IMG/VR virus record: IMGVR_UViG_3300036770_007242
From: an uncultured virus (IMG/VR IMGVR_UViG_3300036770_007242)
Lineage: Duplodnaviria; Heunggongvirae; Uroviricota; Caudoviricetes
Reading direction: 5' to 3' (one strand)
DNA length: 64,000 nt
This document shows positions 57,753 to 64,000 of this stretch, piece after piece. The notes under the pieces were generated by a model. The model was not told the origin of the DNA. It did no database searches and worked only from the letters and a program-made list of their open reading frames with translations. The position numbers and the translations under genes are program-made. Positions within the stretch are counted from its first letter, which is position 1; the number at the start of each line of letters is the position of its first letter.

Positions 57753-58349
57753 ATGGCCACATTTAAACAAGCTTTTACTAAACATGAATCTAATCGCCTT
57801 ATGGAAGCACGACTAAGCCTTCTAGAAAAAGGCGTATATCCTTTTGACGTATTTCTTAAGGAAAGCTCTGAAGCTATTAATGCAGCAGAGAAAATAGAAC
57901 AACTAGAAGAAGTTGCCAATCGTTTCAAAAACCATGTACCAACTTTGTATATGTTTGTTCAACAAAACTCAACTGTTCTTCTGGAAGGTAAAGCTCAACC
58001 AACAGCAATCAAAGCTGCAATGATAAACTATACTTTTGTTTGTGAGTCATTAAACAAGTGTGTTAATGAAGCAGTTAAACTAATGTCACAAAAGGTAGAT
58101 GCAAACAAAACTTTGCATTCTGTATACAAGCACGATTCAATTCAACTTCTAGAGTTTTGTATTAAGAAATCACAAGCATACAAACTCATGGAAGGCAACG
58201 TTAATCCAATTGTTAAAACACTTGCAACAGAGCTTGCAAAGCTTCCAATGCGTGACCTTAAAGCTCTTTGTGAGAGCGTTCCAGCAATGCGTTTATATGT
58301 TTCAAACGAAACATACAATCAACTAACACAAACAGTTTTAGGCGGCTGA
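57753..58349 (+). CDS. hypothetical protein with several (L)xE sites
   Basis: 198 aa, TACTTA + GGAG. Confidence 0.7.
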   Translation: MATFKQAFTKHESNRLMEARLSLLEKGVYPFDVFLKESSEAINAAEKIEQLEEVANRFKNHVPTLYMFVQQNSTVLLEGKAQPTAIKAAMINYTFVCESLNKCVNEAVKLMSQKVDANKTLHSVYKHDSIQLLEFCIKKSQAYKLMEGNVNPIVKTLATELAKLPMRDLKALCESVPAMRLYVSNETYNQLTQTVLGG

Positions 58350-59708
58350 AATAATTGTCCCACAAGCTGTGAAATAACTTCCAGCTAAACTAGCACCGTA
58401 AACCCCCGCCAAATATAAACCAATACTTGAAGCTGGGTTGTTATTCCTAATCATATACTTGTGAGCTTCTTGCCAGTCCTTTGCTAATCCCTCTAAATCG
58501 ATTTCTAATGGCTTGCAAAAGCCATAGGTATAGGCAGTCCTACAAGCTCTAATTGCGTTATCTACACAGGCTTTAAAACGGTTTGCAGAGCCTCTGGGAA
58601 TGCTAATCTTAACAATGTGAGCAAGTAAGTTTTGAATTCGTTTGGTTGTTAAGTCTGCAAGGTCAGAAACTTCCGTGCTTTCTGCTTGTTCCTTGCGACG
58701 ATTGTTTAGATAGTTTAAATGCACAAGAACATTTCCTCTTGTTTTGTTGTTGTGAATTGTAAGAACTTTTTCGGTAAGACTTACCTTTTCTACAACCGGA
58801 AGCTCGTCGTAGTTAACATAAGTTAGAATCTCTCCCTTAAGAGTAGAAACAACATCACACCCAGATACAACAGCAATATCATTAAGCATGTTCAGTGCTT
58901 CCAATGATTGCTCTAAACGTATTGGCATGATATCAAAACCTCCCCTAGAGTTGTTTGCATGAATCGTCGCAATAACTTCTTCAGAAAATCCTTGAGCAAT
59001 AAACACCAAAGGAATCTTGGTTTCAAAACTTTTTGATAACACTTTATCTAACTCTGAAACCTTTTCTACCATGCCGTCAACTAACAATACTTTTGCGTTG
59101 CTTCTTAACCATGTACCAAAAGCTGGTATAAATCCTTTGAATGGATACACCTTGAAGTTATATCCAAACTGTAACTCAACTATAGTATTGGGTTGATCGT
59201 GTTCATCGAACACAATATTTCCTTCTATCCCAGCTAGTCTTGTTGCTTCCTTAACCGCTGAAGCCATATACAAGTCATCAGTAACTTGGTCAATAAGTTC
59301 ATTTATTTGTGATGCGTTAGCTGGATAACAAGAACGTAATATTGTTTGAAGGTACTTGGTTCCTTCTTCTTGGTTATGTTCCACTACTTCTTTATGTGTT
59401 AGGTTTTCATTTTTAATATTCTGATATGCATGAGAGATAAATGAACGTAGGAATAAGTTGCTTGTGTTATGGCATTTAAGTTCTAGTTGATAACAGGTTT
59501 GGATTAGTTCTTGGTAAAGCATACGTTCCCAAGAATTTGTTGGAGTTAAAAGTTTAGCAACAAGTTGGTAAGAATCTTTTTGCAGGTATGTTTGATTTTC
59601 TGTTGTTATAGCCAGCGTGATTTTGCTTAGGTTTTTTTCTAGCTTTTCAAGGCACGCAACCAAGTTTTTTTGTGTGTTATTTTTCTCGATAAAAGTGTTG
59701 TGTTGCAT
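58338..59708 (-). CDS. degenerate GroEL-like paralogue
   Basis: AG.EG.I, ELQFGYNF, VLLVDG.VEKVSEL, PLVFIA, LNDIAVVSG. GDGTTT absent. Confidence 0.75.
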   Translation of the reverse strand: MQHNTFIEKNNTQKNLVACLEKLEKNLSKITLAITTENQTYLQKDSYQLVAKLLTPTNSWERMLYQELIQTCYQLELKCHNTSNLFLRSFISHAYQNIKNENLTHKEVVEHNQEEGTKYLQTILRSCYPANASQINELIDQVTDDLYMASAVKEATRLAGIEGNIVFDEHDQPNTIVELQFGYNFKVYPFKGFIPAFGTWLRSNAKVLLVDGMVEKVSELDKVLSKSFETKIPLVFIAQGFSEEVIATIHANNSRGGFDIMPIRLEQSLEALNMLNDIAVVSGCDVVSTLKGEILTYVNYDELPVVEKVSLTEKVLTIHNNKTRGNVLVHLNYLNNRRKEQAESTEVSDLADLTTKRIQNLLAHIVKISIPRGSANRFKACVDNAIRACRTAYTYGFCKPLEIDLEGLAKDWQEAHKYMIRNNNPASSIGLYLAGVYGASLAGSYFTACGTIISAA

Positions 59709-59755
59709 TAATTTTCCTCTTGTTATAAGACTATTTATATCAAAGAGGTGAAGTA

Positions 59756-60211
59756 ATGGCTACAAACTCTGAGAGAGAACTGCTGGAACTACTTGTCAAA
59801 AAAGTTAGTGATAGCTCTGCGTTAAATGGTGGTTTTGAAAAGCTTTGTGTAATGATAGAGCACGTACAAGAAGAGCAAACCAAGAGCGGAGTTAAGCTTG
59901 ACAAGGTTTCGGAAGCATTATATGATCCGAACGTGGGTTTATTTTCTCGGGTTAAAGCTATTGAAAGCAAGCTTGATACCAACATCAAGGATTTGGACAA
60001 GAAGTGTGATGAGCTACCTTCTGTTAAGGAAGAGGTTGAAGACCTAAAAAAATTCCAAACGGCAATTGAGAGCATTGCCGGTAAGCAACTAGAGGAACTA
60101 ACTGCTCTTGTGAATTTACGCAAGCGTCTTGCCAACATTTATTGGGCACTTGCGTTATCTGTATTGGCCTTTGCTGGAAACTTACTTTTCCAGCTAGCCA
60201 AACGTAACTGA
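59756..60211 (+). CDS. coiled-coil protein with C-terminal TM
   Basis: 151 aa, YDP..GLFSRVK. Confidence 0.7.
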   Translation: MATNSERELLELLVKKVSDSSALNGGFEKLCVMIEHVQEEQTKSGVKLDKVSEALYDPNVGLFSRVKAIESKLDTNIKDLDKKCDELPSVKEEVEDLKKFQTAIESIAGKQLEELTALVNLRKRLANIYWALALSVLAFAGNLLFQLAKRN

Positions 60212-60287
60212 TAGCATTCTCACCTATACAAACGCCATTTCTAATATATTCTAGTAACTAAACCCTAACTTATAGGAGAAAAACAAT

Positions 60288-60509
60288 ATGAGTGAATCAC
60301 GTTTGGTACTAGATGTATGGTCAGAGTTTAAGCTTTTGGTTGAGCAACTTGAAGAGGATGTTCACAAGAATGCAACCAAGGGTAATCTTTCAGCTGGAGT
60401 TCGTGTTCGTAAGAGTGTTCGTACACTTCGCACTCTTGGTGCAGAGCTTATCAAGGCAACACAAGCTGCTGATAATGCTCGCAAGGAAGAACGTAAATCT
60501 GCCGAATGA
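60288..60509 (+). CDS. small basic protein, histone H1-like Hc1-type
   Basis: KGNLSAGVRVRK motif, AGGAG RBS. Confidence 0.6.
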   Translation: MSESRLVLDVWSEFKLLVEQLEEDVHKNATKGNLSAGVRVRKSVRTLRTLGAELIKATQAADNARKEERKSAE

Positions 60510-60536
60510 CAGCTAGAATTAAAACTAGTGCTTGAC

Positions 60537-60565
60537 AAAGGGGCAGTAACAAACTGCCCTTTTTT
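60537..60565 (+). terminator. intrinsic terminator
   Basis: GGGCAGT-AACAA-ACTGCCC-TTTTTT. Confidence 0.75.
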
Positions 60566-60597
60566 GTTTGGTTCGCTACTTAAGAACGGACGGTTAA

Positions 60598-62001
60598 ATG
60601 AAAAAAACTTACATTCTCGATACAAACGTTTTGCTTTCTGATAGTAACAGCTTGTTTGGATTTGAAGAACATGACTTGGTTCTTCCTCTTATAGTTCTAG
60701 AGGAGCTTGACCGTCATAAAGATCGTCAAGATGAAGTTGGTAGAAATGCTCGTGAAGTAGTACGTAAGCTTGCAGACCTCACCAAAATCAACAAAGACTT
60801 TAAAGCAGGTGTACCTCTTGGTAAAAACCTGGGAACACTAAGAATCCTATCTATTGAAGATATCTTCTCAGAGAACGGTAGTGTAACACTTCATAAACTT
60901 CCAATGGAAATGGAAGCAAGAAAAAGCGGTGACAACACTATTGCTCAATTCTGTGTAAATTACATTGAAAAACACACCGACGTACAAATTGTTCTTGTAA
61001 CAAGAGACACAATCCTTCGTCTAAAAGCTCAAGCTCTTGGTATCGTTTGTGAAGATTATCGTAAGTTCAATGTAGCGACATCAGTTAACAGTCTTTACTC
61101 TGGTGTTAAAACTATTGAGCGTGAGGATATTGTTGTTGCTGATTTCTACAAAAACAACGAACAGTTCTTCTTGCCAAAAGATATTGAAGAAGAACTATAT
61201 CCAAACCAATTTCTTGTATTGAAGAATGGCCAACAATCTGGTATGGCAAGATTTATTACCAAAGGTGAACCAGTACTTCCAGTTGGAGAAATCAAAAGCA
61301 AGATTCAACCAAGAAACAAGGAGCAAGAATTTGCTCGTGAACTTCTTTTTGATGAAAGTGTTAAGCTTGTAACTCTTGCTGGTAAATCTGGTTGCGGTAA
61401 AACTCTTCTTGCTATTGATGCTGGACTAGAACAAGTATTGAACCAACGCAAATATCGTTCACTTGTTATTTGTCGTCCAGTTATGCCTGTAGGAAAAGAT
61501 ATTGGATTCCTTCCCGGCGATTTAAACGAGAAGCTAGAGCCTTGGCTGGCACCTATCAAGGATAACCTACGCTTTCTTTTAGGAGCCTCAGAACCCACCA
61601 AAGAATCGTCTACAGGCACACGTAGAAAAAAGCTTGCAGAACCAACAGTAAAATTTGATGAACAAGTTCTTCAAAGCTACTTTGACGAAGGTATTATTGA
61701 AGTTCAAGCCATGACATTTATTCGTGGTCGTTCAATCGCTAATGCTTATATCATTGTAGATGAAGCACAGAACACCAACCTACACGAGATTAAAACCATT
61801 CTTACCCGTGTGGGAGAGAACACAAAGATTGTTCTAACAGGTGACCTTGAACAGATTGACAGCACATATGTTGACTCTGTAAGCAACGGTCTTTCTATTG
61901 CGATTGAAAGATTTAAGTCTCAAAAGATTTCCGGTCACGTTACCTTCCTCAAAGGCGAGAGAAGTTTGCTTGCAACAATTGCATCGGAAATTCTTCTATA
62001 G
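60598..62001 (+). CDS. phoH: PIN-domain PhoH-like ATPase
   Basis: ILDTNVL..EELD..D PIN domain, GKSGCGKT, GFLPG, RGRS, DEAQN, GD..QID. Confidence 0.93.
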   Translation: MKKTYILDTNVLLSDSNSLFGFEEHDLVLPLIVLEELDRHKDRQDEVGRNAREVVRKLADLTKINKDFKAGVPLGKNLGTLRILSIEDIFSENGSVTLHKLPMEMEARKSGDNTIAQFCVNYIEKHTDVQIVLVTRDTILRLKAQALGIVCEDYRKFNVATSVNSLYSGVKTIEREDIVVADFYKNNEQFFLPKDIEEELYPNQFLVLKNGQQSGMARFITKGEPVLPVGEIKSKIQPRNKEQEFARELLFDESVKLVTLAGKSGCGKTLLAIDAGLEQVLNQRKYRSLVICRPVMPVGKDIGFLPGDLNEKLEPWLAPIKDNLRFLLGASEPTKESSTGTRRKKLAEPTVKFDEQVLQSYFDEGIIEVQAMTFIRGRSIANAYIIVDEAQNTNLHEIKTILTRVGENTKIVLTGDLEQIDSTYVDSVSNGLSIAIERFKSQKISGHVTFLKGERSLLATIASEILL

Positions 62002-62075
62002 AACCCGTGCTACCTACTATACACAAATCTAAGCACAGTAAACCAAGCTTGATCTATACTTAACTTGTATAGAAT

Positions 62076-62786
62076 ATGGCTGGTTTTAATCCCAACAGAA
62101 AAAAGAAAACTTACTCACTTAATCGTTCACAACCTTCAAAAGTTATTGCGACGATTGTTGATGGAAAAGTTGAATACTTTGACGAAACGCTGGTTACAGT
62201 TGATAACCCATTCTATCAACTACAAACAGCAACAAGTCAAGGTATTCCTCCACCTCCCCCTCCTCCACCCCCAGCAGAATACGATGAAGATGTAATTGAG
62301 TTTGATTGGACAGATACAGAAACAGCCACGTTCAATATAACGTTTTCTCAAACTCCATATCTTACACTCGAAGTTCTTCCTGCTGATGGGTATGAAAACA
62401 TAGCATTTTTTGCAAACAATTTATCAACAACTGGATTTGTTGCTAACGTTTCTGCTCCTTTTAGCGGACAGTTGGTTTATAGAGCAATTTATTCTACTGT
62501 GTTTCCTGTTGTTATTGAACGTGTTGTTGTTAGCAACTCTTTTTATTACACAGCTTCTGCTGGCATAATACCAGAAAGCTCAAACTCAGAATTTACAGCA
62601 ACATATAATCAATTGTTTCCAGCAACATATCCAACACACATATTTTTCACACCAATAGATGATAACAATAATGGAGATGCAGGGGTAGCAATAGTACAAA
62701 CTGGATCGATTGGGTTAACAAGTACAGAAGTAACATATTCTGCACCAGTATATAACTCTATACACTATCTTGCAGTGAAACCATAA
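62076..62786 (+). CDS. putative tail/baseplate-associated protein with poly-Pro linker
   Basis: 236 aa, beta-rich composition, precedes the fibre gene. Confidence 0.6.
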   Translation: MAGFNPNRKKKTYSLNRSQPSKVIATIVDGKVEYFDETLVTVDNPFYQLQTATSQGIPPPPPPPPPAEYDEDVIEFDWTDTETATFNITFSQTPYLTLEVLPADGYENIAFFANNLSTTGFVANVSAPFSGQLVYRAIYSTVFPVVIERVVVSNSFYYTASAGIIPESSNSEFTATYNQLFPATYPTHIFFTPIDDNNNGDAGVAIVQTGSIGLTSTEVTYSAPVYNSIHYLAVKP

Positions 62787-62805
62787 AGCTTGGAGAGTTG
62801 ACATA

Positions 62806-64000
62806 ATGGCATACGATTTTAGAGCAAATCAAGTTAGATTAAACCGAATCATCTCTTCTGGTTCTATTCCAATCATTATCTATCCTTCTAGCAGTGCAGC
62901 AGACTTTGCTGGTAACCTTGTTCCAAGCTTTTCTACAACTTCTATTGGTTCAGATGTATTTCTTTATGTCTCTGGTAGTTCTAACGCAAAAACTGTTTTT
63001 GGTGGAGACGTTGTATCTTCTGGCTCATTCCGTTCATTAAAAGGATTAACAGGGTCATTACAATATACAGATGACAGCAGCACACCATTTATTGTTGGTG
63101 GTCCAGATATAACAACAAACTATAACTCTTTAGGACAATGGGAAATATCTGGTTCAGAAGCTTCTTTCTTTACTTCCCCCAGTAATAACGTTGTTCAAAC
63201 AACTGGTTCTTTTGAAGCTACATATCTTTCTGCTTCTTCTGGGGCAGAGATAACTGGCAGCTTGCTAGTCAATGGTGGAATAACAGGTTCAATTAGTGGT
63301 ACTATTGCTGGCAATCCTTTTCTGAAAGCTGGGTTGAACATAACCACAAACTATAACTCTCTTGGTCAGTGGGAGATTACTGGTTCAGCAACCGGCACAA
63401 ACTTTTGGACAGAACTAGATTCTACAAACATTTACACAACCAGCTCTATAGAGGTTGCACGATTGAGTGCATCTCTTGGAGCAATTATTACTGGTAGTGT
63501 TGTTCAAGGTGTTGGTTGTACAGCAATAAACAATTCTCACGCTGAAGGTTATGAATCAGATGTTTCAGCAGGAAGTTATGGGCATGCTGAAGGTTATCAG
63601 ACGGATGTAACCGGTCAAGCAGCGCACGCTGAAGGCAACAGCACAACTGCTGCTGGTGATTATTCCCATGCAGAAGGTATTAGTACCAATGCTAACGGAA
63701 ACTATTCACACAGCGAAGGCAACAGTACAACGGCAACAGGAGAAGGTGCTCATTCTGAAGGTAAAGACACTCAAGCTGTTGGAGATTATTCTCATGCAGA
63801 AGGTTCTGGTTCTATAGCAGCTGGGGATTATTCTCATGCTAGTGGTTTAAACACAGAAGCTTTTGCGAACTATCAAACAGCTGTAGGAAAATTTAACCTT
63901 ACTAGCAATTCAGATTCGTTGTTTGTTGTTGGTGACGGTTTAAACTTATCTAATCGCCATGATGCACTAAGAGTTAATAGTGGTTCGGTTCAAGTAACAG
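62806..64000 (+). CDS. tail fibre-like protein, partial (runs off the right edge)
   Basis: GGAG RBS, MAYDFRANQ..., duplicated ITTNYNSLGQWEI(S/T)GS, several (S/G/A)HAEG beta-roll repeats of YadA-head type. Confidence 0.75.
   Translation, partial: MAYDFRANQVRLNRIISSGSIPIIIYPSSSAADFAGNLVPSFSTTSIGSDVFLYVSGSSNAKTVFGGDVVSSGSFRSLKGLTGSLQYTDDSSTPFIVGGPDITTNYNSLGQWEISGSEASFFTSPSNNVVQTTGSFEATYLSASSGAEITGSLLVNGGITGSISGTIAGNPFLKAGLNITTNYNSLGQWEITGSATGTNFWTELDSTNIYTTSSIEVARLSASLGAIITGSVVQGVGCTAINNSHAEGYESDVSAGSYGHAEGYQTDVTGQAAHAEGNSTTAAGDYSHAEGISTNANGNYSHSEGNSTTATGEGAHSEGKDTQAVGDYSHAEGSGSIAAGDYSHASGLNTEAFANYQTAVGKFNLTSNSDSLFVVGDGLNLSNRHDALRVNSGSVQVT

Noticed and set aside
63100..63390. DGR template/variable repeat pair in the fibre gene
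   Set aside because: Both copies are in-frame coding repeats with mostly synonymous differences not restricted to adenines, and no reverse transcriptase is in the window.
1..64000. Stop-codon reassignment as in some jumbo phages
   Set aside because: Core genes are full length in the standard code and end in TAA, TAG and TGA.

Overview
The whole window is an AT-rich segment of a large T4-like (myovirus, probably jumbo) phage genome read in the standard code. It has no tRNA, rRNA or CRISPR array that I can see. It holds the head module (intein-split portal, gp21-like protease, scaffold, major capsid), neck, tail terminator, two tail sheaths, tail tube and the start of a tail fibre. It also has an SbcD-SbcC fusion, primase, GroEL plus a degenerate GroEL paralogue, PurA, PIN-PhoH, an HDAC-family deacetylase, an SOD-like protein, a Flp pilin and a probable lysis cluster. 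Main finding: all four large free-standing homing endonuclease genes (3 GIY-YIG, 1 HNH) sit at the extreme end of a gene (capsid 3' end, tail tube 3' end, neck 5' end, pilin 5' end). In each case a recoded working copy of that gene end lies at the endonuclease's 5' side, with its own terminator or promoter/start in three of the four cases, and a dead relic copy lies at its 3' side. These look like 'terminus-swapping' homing cassettes. Other findings: a TANWTA late-promoter motif with many leaderless genes, RBS-occluding hairpins with that motif inside them (endolysin, HNH), and enzyme-like proteins carrying a shared (I/L)-x-E leader that may be capsid-packaged cargo. All family assignments come from motifs read by eye; no database search was run.
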